Positions 1 through 9,357 of a stretch of DNA of 28,489 nt are shown one piece after another (position 1 is the stretch's first letter; each line of letters opens with the position of its first letter). The DNA is from Amoebidium appalachense (lineage: Eukaryota; Protista; Ichthyosporea). The notes under the pieces were generated by a model. It was given only the letters and a program-made list of their open reading frames with translations, made no database searches and was not told the origin of the DNA. The translations under genes were made by a program, and so were the position numbers. The DNA lies in the NCBI GenBank assembly GCA_963693365.1, contig CAVNZM010000007.1, positions 3,409,170 through 3,437,658 on the forward strand. The letters run 5' to 3'.

Positions 1-1717
1 CACATCAGACTGATGGGAGGAAGTGTACATACGCAAGATGGAATAGATAGTCTTATTTTGGCGTTCCACCAAGCCATTGGATTGGTGGTGGTACGGTGAC
101 GACATCAGCCGTTCCAAGCCAAGTAAGCGGCATGCGTCAGTGATGAGCTTACTCGTGTGCTGTTTTGGGCTATCGCATATGATGCGTGTCGGTACGCTGT
201 ACTGACATATTACGTGCTCTAATAGTGTTTGTGCAATTGTTTCAGCAGTTAGGTCAGGTAATGGGACCGTAATTACCCAGCGTGTCAGACGATCAATAAA
301 CACTGCGATGTGTTTATGTTTCGCGAAGGTAGTGGGTAAGCTTTGTATGAAGTCCATGTGGACCTCTGGGAAGGCACCCGCAGGAATAGATCTGGGGTGT
401 AAAGGAGCACGTGCATTGTGCGGGGGGTTTTTCCCCGATTGGCACTTTTCACACGATTGTACATAGTGTTGTACATCAGCGAACATGTTATCCCAATAGT
501 ACAGTTCGCGAAGTTTATAAAAGGTTTTTGTGACTCCACGATGACCAGCAATAACATCTTTGTGGCAGGCCTCCAAAACCATCTTTTTCATACCATTTGG
601 TATACAAAGTTGATATTTGTCTTCATCGCGTTTGGCGATTTTTGATGGTATGTAAATATGATAAAGCATATTATCATGGATAACGAAATTGGGGGCCTCA
701 GCTGCTACTTTGCGTGCAGCTTTTGGGTTGTCGGGGAGCGGTTGGTTGGGCAACATTAGATAATCGATGATTGGTCGAAGGGATGGATCTAAAAGTTGCA
801 TCACGCGTACCTGTTGTGGATCCAGTGTGTTGAAAGTGGGGAGAATCGCTGATATTAAATCAGTTTCCAGATCATGAGAATTATTTCTTTTGTATGATTT
901 GGCATTTACCGAGGTATTGAGGGCATGCCAGGACTCAAAAACAATGGTAGAAATATAGTCTTGAGAGTCATCATACAGATCTGGATCCCCTTCAACAAAA
1001 TTTACCGCGCTCTCGTCGGTTCCGATTGGTTCATCGGGCGAGAGGGGTAAAGGGTTGCGTGAAAGTGCGTCAGGAACTTGATTATGTTTGCCGGGGCGAT
1101 AAGTAATGTTAAAGTCGTACTCCTGAAGAGTAATAGCCCAGCGTGCAAAAATACCCGTAAGTTCCTGTTTATTAAACATATAGGAAAGAGCTTGATGATC
1201 AGTAATTAGATCAAAAGTCTTCCCATAGAGATAGGGCCGAAAGTATTGTACTGCCCATACAACTGCCGCTGCTTCAAGTTTGGTGGCAGGTGTTTCTAGA
1301 TGGCCGTGGTGGCAGCATAATTTTGCTCGGAGCCGTGCAGTGAGCGGCTCGCGTATGCAATCACGCGTGGGTGCCCTTGGTCATCCTTTTGAAAAAGCAC
1401 AGCGCCGAGACCTTTTGTACATGCGTCGGTCTCGAGCCAAAATGGTTTTTTATAGTCAGGGTGACCCAAGATTGGTTCGGTCGTTAATTTTTCTTTGAGG
1501 GTATCGAAAGCGTGGGTTTGGTCGGGGCCCCAAATAAAAGGATTAGAGGGCTTGGTGACCTCGCGTAAAGGATGTGCGATTTCCGCAAAAACCTTCTTGA
1601 ACTTTCGAAACCACGCGCAGAGCTGGAGGAATGAAAGAGCTTCAGCACTGGTAGTAAGTATGGGCCAATCTTTTATCGCTTTTATCTTTGCGGGATTGGG
1701 TGCAATATCTTTGGAAT
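1..1717 (-). pseudogene. pol: Gypsy pol (RT thumb/RNase H/integrase), frameshifted by a 26-bp net insertion at ~1290-1315
   Basis: ORF 1296..1778 holds the RT-connection/RNase H N-half. A second frame below 1289 continues RNase H and integrase to position 1. Confidence 0.88.
1281..1315. other. 17-bp insert flanked by 9-bp direct duplication (TGGTGGCAG) inside Gypsy RNase H
   Basis: tggtggcag (1281-1289) + gtgtttctagatggccg + tggtggcag (1307-1315). Removing the insert and one copy restores NYAATKLEAAAV. Confidence 0.8.
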
Positions 1718-1970
1718 GGGCGATGGACTTGGTAAAATTCGAATCGCGAAGGGCCGCCAGGCCCGGAGCCCGGAGCACGGCGCCCGGCCCGGCCCGCGCG
1801 GGGGTCTGGGGGGATGGCGTCTGGAGGGACGGCGTGGGGCAGAGAGAGAGAGGGGGTCTGGGGGGACGGGGTCTGGGGGGACGGGGGGTGAGCAGACTCT
1901 GCTCACCCCCCGTCCCCCCAGACCCCGCTGGCGGCCCTTCGCGATTCGAATTTTACCAAGTCCATCGCCC
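1718..1970. mobile_element. MITE (PIF/Harbinger/Tourist-like) with 43-bp TIRs and 3-bp AAT target-site duplication
   Basis: GGGCGATGGACTTGGTAAAATTCGAATCGCGAAGGGCCGCCAG at 1718-1760 has its perfect reverse complement at 1928-1970. AAT lies at 1715-1717 and 1971-1973. Excision restores an open Gypsy RT frame. Confidence 0.85.
1867..1927. repeat. Perfect GC-rich palindrome (30-bp arms, 1-nt loop) inside the MITE
   Basis: cggggtctggggggacggggggtgagcaga-c-tctgctcaccccccgtccccccagaccccg. Confidence 0.9.
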
Positions 1971-2236
1971 AATCCAATATTGGACTAGTCACGTGGCCTG
2001 GTAACTTTAAGATCACACCACACCAAACCACCTCCGATCCGATCGCGATCAATCTATTACCCACTTCCCACGTTTCCCACTTAAAATCGAAAAAGAGAAA
2101 AAAAAAGGAGACAAAACAAACGATACAGCATTACCCACTTCTAAGTGGGTAAGTGGCCAATGACAACAAACACTTATCGATTTAAACCTAAAACACAACC
2201 ATATAGTACTCGGGAACGGGGAACGGGGACATGCCA

Positions 2237-2320
2237 GGCACACGCGGCACACGAGGCACAGGAGGCACACGCGGCACACGAGGCACAGGAGGCACACGCG
2301 GCATGCGAGGCGCGCGTGCC
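2237..2320. repeat. GC-rich short tandem repeat (GGCACACGCGGCACACGAGGCACAGGA-type units)
   Basis: About 2.5 copies of a 27-bp unit built from 9-bp GGCACACGN subunits. Confidence 0.75.
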
Positions 2321-2401
2321 TGCCAGGGGCCTCCCCGCCCCGCCCAGCCACGCCCAGCCCCGCCGGTGATATGAAAAAATATTATGTGTGCATAGACATG
2401 A

Positions 2402-3244
2402 ATGGCGATCATGGATGATGAAATACACAACGCGCCACAATGGTGCAAATTTCTGGTTGCTCTGGGCATATACAAGCCTTTACATCTAATAACATGGTAC
2501 AACAGCAACATTCAGAAGGGCAGTGGGTTCAGCCTGTTCTGGTATGACGCAAACGATGAGCCGGTGATGAACACGTGGAGTGAAGCCAATGAGATGCACG
2601 CGGTGGGTACGGATACAATAAGAATGGGCGGAATCGATTGGTGTTTTTCCGAGGAGGACATGACCTGGGCAACACGTGTGGGCTGGGTACGCGATACCAA
2701 AGGCTACCTACGACTCTACCTACCGGGCTGGAACCAACACGTGGCTGAGTCACCGGCTGCACACCAGTTGGTGTGCTATTTCCAGGGCATTATCACCGCG
2801 AGTACGGACTTCGAGATCGATCACCGAAACCAATCAGTAAAGGACAACCGACGGACCAATCTCTGCCCGCGACCAAAGGCCTATAACCAGTTCAAGAGAC
2901 GAATCACAGGGCAGCCATGCCGGTTTGTGAACACCCGCGAAGGTTTCTTCGAGGTGCGGTTTCCAATGGTGCACAAGAAAGGGCAATACCACAAGATCGG
3001 CACATACACCGACTACACGGAGGCCGTGCACGTGGCGAGAGCCCATTGGCGTGTTTACTGCACACAGGCACGTGGCTGGACCGACCCAAGCATGGTGCAA
3101 GACTTCGAGGTGTTGATGGAGCCACACATTCCAGAGCCGGAAGTGAAGCCAATCATCGCGCCCGGATTCGTGGCTGACGTCACTGCCCGACCCACCGGCA
3201 AGCTGTGTGTCCCGACCAACAGCATCACGCGCCTGTTTGCCTAA
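2402..3244 (+). CDS. HNH endonuclease with C-terminal AP2-like DNA-binding domain
   Basis: EIDHRNQSVKDNRRTNL..YNQ (HNH_3 type) preceded by FSEEDMTWATRVGWVRDTKGY and followed by FEVRFPMVHKKGQYHKIGTYTDYTEAVHVAR (AP2-like). AATAAA overlaps the stop. True start may be a downstream Met. Confidence 0.82.
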   Translation: MAIMDDEIHNAPQWCKFLVALGIYKPLHLITWYNSNIQKGSGFSLFWYDANDEPVMNTWSEANEMHAVGTDTIRMGGIDWCFSEEDMTWATRVGWVRDTKGYLRLYLPGWNQHVAESPAAHQLVCYFQGIITASTDFEIDHRNQSVKDNRRTNLCPRPKAYNQFKRRITGQPCRFVNTREGFFEVRFPMVHKKGQYHKIGTYTDYTEAVHVARAHWRVYCTQARGWTDPSMVQDFEVLMEPHIPEPEVKPIIAPGFVADVTARPTGKLCVPTNSITRLFA

Positions 3245-3337
3245 TAAAGTAAAGACAAGAAACCAATCAGAAACAGGCCGGGAACGGGGAACGGGGGACA
3301 GGGAGCAAAACGTCTAAGTATGGACACGGGCACAGAC

Positions 3338-3560
3338 GAGAGAGAGAGAGAGAGAGAGAGAGAAAGCTAAGTCTACACGAGAGAGAGAGAGCAGAGAGAG
3401 AGAGAGAGAGAGAGAGAAAAGCTGTCTACACGAGAGAGAGAGAGAGAGAGAGAGAAAAGCTAAGTCTACACGAGAGAGAGAGAGAGAGAGAGAGAAAAGC
3501 TAAGTCTACACGAGAGAGAGAGAGAGAGAGAAAAAAGCTAAGTCTACATGAGCTAAGTCT
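3338..3560. repeat. Compound microsatellite: (GA)n tracts punctuated by AAAGCTAAGTCTACAC units
   Basis: About 5 copies of aaagctaagtctacac (one with an internal deletion) separated by variable-length GA runs. Confidence 0.9.
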
Positions 3561-3566
3561 TGACCC

Positions 3567-3862
3567 GGGCAGGGGGGGGGCAGGGGGGGGGCAGGGGGGG
3601 GCACGTGAGGCAGGGGGGGCACGTGAGGCAGGGGGGGCAGGTGAGGCACATGAGGCACGTGAGGCAGGGGGGCACGTGAGGCAGGGGGGCACGTGAGGCA
3701 GGGGGGGCAGGGGGGGCACGTGAGGCAGGGGGGGCACGTGAGGCACGTGAGGCAGGGGGGGCACGTGAGGCAGGAGGGGCACGCGAGGCAGGGGGCACGC
3801 GAGGCAGGGGGCACGTGAGGCACGTGAGGCAGGGGGGCCGAGGGCCGGGGGGGGGGGGAGGG
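3567..3862. repeat. G-rich minisatellite (GCACGTGAGGCAGGGGGG units)
   Basis: More than 12 imperfect 9/18-bp units with CACGTG cores and G5-G9 runs. Confidence 0.9.
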
Positions 3863-4023
3863 TTTATTTAGAAACAGGGATCTGTATATACTTCACGGGG
3901 GTTTATTTTAGCATACAATACGGGTATAACAATTCCCAACCCACATATTCTGATCAGCATCAATGATCTAAATTCGAGCATATAAATTCCAAAAGGTGAG
4001 TGTCGGTTTTTTCTATATACAGG

Positions 4024-5034
4024 TCATTCATCCTCGGTATGATCGGATTGTACATTCATATTTGGACGGAAAAGGAGAGAGGGACGAGATGTGTTATGGT
4101 ACACAACCAGAGATACACCATTGTCGTCATCACCACTATTTTCACTTTCACTTTCGCTTTCACTTTCACTCTCATCACCTGACTCGCAATAGGCCAATGT
4201 ACGCACACGTTCCAAACGCACATGTTCCTCCAAAGACTCCATCTCCACATACAAAGCAAGCGCATCACCACCACCATCACCACCCAAATCGTCACAACTA
4301 CTCTTACGTCGTTTGACGGAGTCGCCAGAACCGCGTCGGCGAGGCAGACCACAACCAAAATGACACTCTTTCGGCTCGACGTTGTGATATCGCTTCAGAC
4401 GCTGTTCGTTGTTGTACACGTCGCTTGTGAGTTTGGATTTCTGTGCCTGTAGCACTTTAATCTGACGAGAAAGGGCCCCAATCTCGTCCTTCTTCTGGGC
4501 ATTCACGGCGGAGGTAAGGGCATACAAATACGAATACTCGGCCAACACACAACTGAAAACCTTCTTGTCTTCATCGGTCACAGGCCACGGGTCTTGGTCG
4601 TATAGAGCACTGTCACGATATGTCATGAACGCGATGCATTTGCCAACAACGTCATCCCAATCAGCTTTGTAGGAGCGATGTACTTCGACGTCGGGAGAAA
4701 AAATAGAATCGGCATCGATTTTTTTCAAACACAACCGGAAGTCACGAACACCAATTGTTGCTATACCAGAGGTGTCGAGGGTGAGATGTGCACAAACGTC
4801 GAGCAACTTATCCAACAAAAAATCATATTCGTCAATCGAATCGACGACAGTTTCGTTAGTCACCGCGAGGACCTGTGCGTGACGCCACAATCTGGCAAGG
4901 GAAGGCAGGGAAATCCGCATGTGGCTTTGCATGCTCGGGTCACGCTTGTGGGAGGGTCTTGTTTCCAGTGCATCAAAGAAATCAATAATAACCCGAAAAG
5001 TCCCGGAGACACGAGCATAGCGAATAGAAGCCAT
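4024..5034 (-). CDS. Hypothetical protein (~336 aa) with coiled coil and acidic ES-repeat tail
   Basis: Long open frame with natural composition from MASIRY. Coiled-coil EIGALSRQIKVLQAQKSKL, ESESESESES tail, upstream TATA-like (5343-5350) and CCAAT elements. Confidence 0.7.
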   Translation of the reverse strand: MASIRYARVSGTFRVIIDFFDALETRPSHKRDPSMQSHMRISLPSLARLWRHAQVLAVTNETVVDSIDEYDFLLDKLLDVCAHLTLDTSGIATIGVRDFRLCLKKIDADSIFSPDVEVHRSYKADWDDVVGKCIAFMTYRDSALYDQDPWPVTDEDKKVFSCVLAEYSYLYALTSAVNAQKKDEIGALSRQIKVLQAQKSKLTSDVYNNEQRLKRYHNVEPKECHFGCGLPRRRGSGDSVKRRKSSCDDLGGDGGGDALALYVEMESLEEHVRLERVRTLAYCESGDESESESESESENSGDDDNGVSLVVYHNTSRPSLLFRPNMNVQSDHTEDE

Positions 5035-5112
5035 TGTGAACCCGTTAACACGAACGATTCCAAACGGGCTTAAAAACACAATCAAACACCGAAATTTTGT
5101 GTCGCTACATGT

Positions 5113-5320
5113 CACGGTTCGTAGACGATGGAAAACAGAAAAAAAGTCTCTTCTAAAAAAGGACGCTTACAACACGGCTCGTTCACGATGGAAAACAGAA
5201 AAAAAGTCTCTTCTAAAAAAGGACGCTTACAACACGGCTCGTTCACGATGGAAAACAGAAAAAAAGTCTCTTCTAAAAAAGGACGCTTACAACACGGCTC
5301 GTTCACGATGGAAAACAGAA
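5113..5320. repeat. 60-bp tandem repeat, ~3.4 near-identical copies
   Basis: Unit acgatggaaaacagaaaaaaagtctcttctaaaaaaggacgcttacaacacggctcgttc with exact 60-nt period. Confidence 0.95.
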
Positions 5321-5633
5321 GGCTTCTGCGACGCGAAGAGTCCTTATAAACATCTGCGTTAGCGCAACCACCAAAACGAACCAATGCGCATCACGTAGGG
5401 TTCAACTCAGCAGAAACATAGCCAATTAAAACAATGCTTTAATTTCGCTTGGCCAATTAAAGGGCTCGCCTTTCACGTTTTTTGGAGTGATTATTTCGTC
5501 TGGCCAATCAAGTGGCCTCGCGTTTCGCTTTGCAAAAAAAAAATAAAGTTCGCCGAGTGAACAACCAACCAAACCACGCAAAAAGCACGCCACCACACAT
5601 GCTTCCCATTATGGTGATTACCGCGGCGTTCGG

Positions 5634-5826
5634 GACCAATCAGATCAGCGGTCAAACCACGCGAACCAATCAGACCAACGGTCAAACCGGATGGACCAAT
5701 CAGATCAACGGTCAAAACACACAAACCAATTAGATCAGCGGTCAAACCGGGCGGACTAATCAGATCAGAGGTCATACCGGGCGGACCAATTAGATCAGCG
5801 GTCAAACCGGGCGGACCAACCAGATC
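5634..5826. promoter_or_regulatory. 30-bp tandem array of CCAAT-box units (~6.5 copies) in a divergent intergenic region
   Basis: Consensus GACCAATCAGATCAGCGGTCAAACCGGGCG. It lies between divergent ORFs starting at 5034 (-) and 5929 (+). Confidence 0.7.
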
Positions 5827-5928
5827 CGATTTAGATACGGATCGATAAAAAAAGGCCCAGGCGGTGCTGTGAAGGGTCGTATCGCGCGACAGACACAGGC
5901 TTCCTCTTTTTATTGGTACAAGTGCACA

Positions 5929-6198
5929 ATGTGGCCTTGGGTAGTCGCGTCCGCCATCTCATTCGTCCTGTTCTGGTTGACGCTGATATCATGTGACGTT
6001 CATAGAATAAACAGATCACTGAAGCAAAAAACCGGGTCCCACCCAATACTGGACCCATTATGCGACAACTTCATGATTCGCTGGCTGTGGATACTGTTGC
6101 CACTAATGCTTGCATATACATACACCACATCCACACAATTCACCGAGACGGAAACCGCACAGAAAATACTTTCAGGTGCTACACCCGTATCAACTTGA
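5929..6198 (+). CDS. Small two-TM membrane protein (89 aa), hypothetical
   Basis: Hydrophobic segments MWPWVVASAISFVLFWLTLIS and FMIRWLWILLPLMLAY. Confidence 0.55.
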   Translation: MWPWVVASAISFVLFWLTLISCDVHRINRSLKQKTGSHPILDPLCDNFMIRWLWILLPLMLAYTYTTSTQFTETETAQKILSGATPVST

Positions 6199-6526
6199 AA
6201 CGACCCACCCCTTTGAAAGGTGGATCCCACCAGGGCTCTCGCTTGGCAATCACCACGACTTCCGGTACACGAGACTGTGTTTTTGTCAAAACACCGACGA
6301 GTTCACCGACATTCCAACATATATCTGGAATCGACAGGCTGCTCGCCAACGCGTTCACAACAAAGCGGCTTTTTTGATCCACTCCACATACTTGTGTAAT
6401 CAAATCACTCGTCGCGGAAAGAACCACAGTCCCAGAGTGAGCACGCGCGCTGCGCAGCATGTTGTCTAACCGCCCGCGATCTCCCACGTACCAATAACAC
6501 CCTGGGTTGTACACTTCCACGTCCAT
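6179..6526 (-). CDS. Hypothetical protein (115 aa)
   Basis: ORF MDVEVYNPG..FKLIRV with natural composition, convergent with the previous ORF. Confidence 0.5.
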   Translation of the reverse strand: MDVEVYNPGCYWYVGDRGRLDNMLRSARAHSGTVVLSATSDLITQVCGVDQKSRFVVNALASSLSIPDICWNVGELVGVLTKTQSRVPEVVVIAKREPWWDPPFKGVGRFKLIRV

Positions 6527-6724
6527 TTCACAAGGAAAAAGATTAAATTGACACGACTGACCAACGATCACTGGGTTTTATTGTTTATCAATATACAAAT
6601 GACATTCCTCCAAAAATAGCGGATACAGTGCCACCGGTGACCAGTCACCTGCATTTATTAGGACGAAACCCACAAGACCCCAAGCGGGCCTGTCCGCGGA
6701 GGACAAATCCACGGCAAGCCGTCT

Positions 6725-7598
6725 TCAAAGTGCGTGTCCTACATGGCCTGAGTTGTTCCACGGTGTCGGTCCTCTACGCAGGCTGCGAGGCAGGCCGAAG
6801 AACTCGGTTGTGCGGTTGCGGGCGTGGACGGTGTCCAACACGGCGTCCCTTAGCGGCAGACCCGCGTTCTCGACCTGGACGTTGACCCGCTCAAAGAACG
6901 GGTCGAGCCACTCGGAGGCCCAGTCGTCAAGCGCGGTGGTGAAGTCTTGAGCGGCCACAGCGCCGGGGGCCATCGAAACGGGGGCACCGTGCTCGATCCC
7001 GACGCGGTAGGCACCCTCTTGCAGGGTGGACGGAGGCGCGGCACTGGGATGGGGTAGTGCATACGACGTTCTCAAACAGGAGGCTGGGCATGACCCAGTA
7101 GGGTTTCCTGGAGATGGCAGGCGCCACACCATCGACTTCATCCAAGTTGGGATCCCCAAAAACGTTCCAGAAAACCCATCCGTCTCTGGTCGGCTTGGTG
7201 GCGTATACGGGGGGCCGTCGTTCACATCTGTAACCATACCCCATGCCGGCCTCGCTGTCGCTGAGCGTGGTGTCGAATTCATAGTAGTATTCGCTGAGGG
7301 TCGGGTCGGTAACGGGGTGTCCGGGCTTGTACAGTTTGATGTAGCCGCGCATGGAACGTTCGTCGCGCTCATAACGAGTCATGCCATTTACACCAACACT
7401 CTGGACACTGATCTGTCCGTTTGACAGAATGGGAATAGCCACCCTGTGTGCGTGGTCCCATCTCGACTCAATTAGGCACGACCAATCCCGGCCATCGGCC
7501 GTGGATTCTGTAACGCATTCAAATTTGCGGTCTAGGTACCTCGTGAGCTCGTCCTCCGTGGCGATGCGGGTCAGTTCCATGCGCACCGGCATTTTCAT
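6725..7598 (-). pseudogene. ORFan family paralog A, single frameshift at ~7050-7062
   Basis: The N-part (ORF 6927..7598: TRIATEDEL..TRDGWVFWN..KPYWVMPSLLFE) and C-part (ORF 6725..7372: APPSTLQEGAYR..ARNRT..TPWNNSGHVGHAL) together align with the gene at 15741-16560. Confidence 0.8.
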
Positions 7599-7829
7599 AA
7601 CACAGAATGTTCATGTGAAATTGGAAATGCGAACTGGTGGCCTGTTCTTGTGTGGTAAGCTTTTATACCGGATGTCGCGCAAGCATCAAGCCAATCAGAT
7701 CACACCCGTCAACCAATCAAGAACCAATTAAAGAGCAAACACAAGATCCACCAATCGGAAATCAGAAGTCACATCCAAAGACCTTGCACCAATCAAAGCC
7801 ACAACATCCCCCCTGATCTGTCGCGCTGC

Positions 7830-8120
7830 CTAGTTCTCTTTATTTTCCATGGGCGGCTCCGGCTCGTCATCGGGTTCTAACATCCTTTGCATGACAATCG
7901 CGGTCATGGCCTGGTTCTTGGGCACCCAGTGCTTGAACCCGCACTTCCGCGCGAGCTCGTCGGGCAGGTCGATGTAGCCCTTGTCCGCGAGCTCCCTGGC
8001 GTAGCGCTGCTTCTCGCGCTCGGTGTGGCGTTGCGTTTCCTCTGTGGGGACAACCGTGGCCTGGATGACGGGGGCCTTGCCTGGCTCCTCCTTGAGCTTG
8101 TATTCCCAGCGATACGCCAT
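7830..8120 (-). CDS. Hypothetical protein (96 aa)
   Basis: ATG start, strong GC3 bias, charged helical composition. Confidence 0.6.
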   Translation of the reverse strand: MAYRWEYKLKEEPGKAPVIQATVVPTEETQRHTEREKQRYARELADKGYIDLPDELARKCGFKHWVPKNQAMTAIVMQRMLEPDDEPEPPMENKEN

Positions 8121-9186
8121 ACGTGTGGCACCAATAAAAATACAAACAGACGTTTATTGAGTTTGTGTGTTGTGAAGGCGGGGGCCAGCCCCGCGTGTGT
8201 GTAGTTAAATGTACATGGTGTGTGTGCGTGTGTGGTGAAGCCTGCGGCGCGCGTGCAAACAGGCCGTGTGCGACCTCGTAGAACTGGGCCGTTTCACCGA
8301 CCCTCCACTTCTCGCCGGCGAGCTCGACGACGACGGTATCGGACGTGATGGGGGTGATGAGGCGCGGACGAGGCGCGCACTCCGTGTCCAAGGAGACGCT
8401 TGCAAAGCCCTCCATGACTAGGAAGGAGGGGTGTTCGGGAAGGCACATGCCGCGGACGCGCGGGTGGTAAGGACTTGCAACGATCCAGACGATGCACAGG
8501 TGGCGCAGCCTGCACAGGGTACGGATAGCGCGCATGAACGACGCGGTCCATACTGCGCGGACAGCGACCAGGGTCTCCATGTCGTAGGCGCGCCACGGGG
8601 TGAAGTGGTTCGTCATGGTCAGGCGCTGGACTGCGCGGATGAAGAGCACGGGGGGCGCGGGGTCGGTGTAGGTGTCCTCGTCGTCGCTGGGCAGGTCGGT
8701 GTCGACGTGTGTGATGCGCACGGTCTTACAGTTTGAGATGCGACCGCGGACGAAGCACGCGGACAACTGGACGGCAGAGGCGTTCGCGATGACGCCCTCG
8801 ATGAACAGGTCACCGTAGAAGGTGACATCGACGGTCTCGAGCGCCGTGCAGGCGTCGAAGCCCACGAGGTGCAGTGCGGCGTCGGCCTCGAAGAGCTCTG
8901 ACCTGTTGAGTTGGATCAGACGGTCGCCCTTCTCCGACTGGTCGTCCCATGCGCTCGTTATGCACAGGTGGCGGAGGCCGGGGGGCAGCTTGACGGTGAT
9001 GGACTGGTTCAGATCGCGTGAGAAGAGGGCTACGATGTCCAGGGTGATCACCTCCATGGCGCTCCTGGTCGAGAAGTCGATCATGACGGTGGGGTGGAAC
9101 AGGTGCGCCCTGATGTTGGCTTCGAGGTCTGGGTTGTCGACCTCCTCCTTGAGCAGAAAGTACGGTGCCTCGGTGATAAGCGCCAT
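7867..9186 (-). CDS. Hypothetical protein with weak LRR-like segments; biological end probably ~8200-8240
   Basis: Starts MALITEAPY below a CCAAT/CRE cluster (9259-9358). Segments LPPGLRHLCI, ALETVDV and LRHLCIV. After ~8240 the frame reads through CA-rich UTR-like sequence and a minus-strand AATAAA (~8153) into the next gene. Confidence 0.6.
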   Translation of the reverse strand: MALITEAPYFLLKEEVDNPDLEANIRAHLFHPTVMIDFSTRSAMEVITLDIVALFSRDLNQSITVKLPPGLRHLCITSAWDDQSEKGDRLIQLNRSELFEADAALHLVGFDACTALETVDVTFYGDLFIEGVIANASAVQLSACFVRGRISNCKTVRITHVDTDLPSDDEDTYTDPAPPVLFIRAVQRLTMTNHFTPWRAYDMETLVAVRAVWTASFMRAIRTLCRLRHLCIVWIVASPYHPRVRGMCLPEHPSFLVMEGFASVSLDTECAPRPRLITPITSDTVVVELAGEKWRVGETAQFYEVAHGLFARAPQASPHTHTHHVHLTTHTRGWPPPSQHTNSINVCLYFYWCHTYGVSLGIQAQGGARQGPRHPGHGCPHRGNATPHRAREAALRQGARGQGLHRPARRARAEVRVQALGAQEPGHDRDCHAKDVRTR

Positions 9187-9357
9187 TCTTGTGTCGGTTC
9201 CCGTGTTTGCCCGGTGCGATTCTTGGAGCCATTTTAATGGCCGTTGCCGCTTGGGATACGATGACGTCATCGCCCAATGGCGATTTCCGCCCAAGAGCGC
9301 CCATCCAATCAAGGACGTCCACGAGCACCCACCCAATCGGGAGGTGTCGTTACGTCA

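Larger units (their letters stand above)
1..2010 (-). mobile_element. Ty3/Gypsy LTR retrotransposon pol fragment (RT C-terminus, RNase H, integrase); truncated upstream of ~2010 and running off the window start
   Basis: Minus-strand translation gives LKLPGHVTS (1981-2010), IAPNPAKIKAIKDWP..SFLQLCAWFRKF..WGPDQTHAFDTLK..LETDACTKGLGAVLFQ..IAYASRSL..NYAAT, then LEAAAVVWAVQYFRPYLYG..TDHQAL..ARWAITLQEYDFNITYRPGKHNQVPDALSR. The integrase has an HHCC finger (CHKDVIAGHRG..YYW..CEKC) and a DDE core (HMDF..ICDS..SNGLVER). Confidence 0.93.

Noticed and set aside
1495-2004. ORFs starting MGDGLGKIRIAKGRQ on both strands
   Set aside because: They are mirror translations of the MITE terminal inverted repeats.
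3338-3560. Constant 16-bp unit with variable spacers, superficially CRISPR-like
   Set aside because: The spacers are pure (GA)n, there are no cas genes and the context is eukaryotic. It is a compound microsatellite.
3426-3823. Pro/Cys-rich ORFs (metallothionein-like)
   Set aside because: These are translations of the minisatellite, and irregular G-run lengths shift the frame repeatedly.
5036-5384. ORFs with 20-aa repeats
   Set aside because: They are a by-product of the 60-bp tandem repeat being open in several frames.
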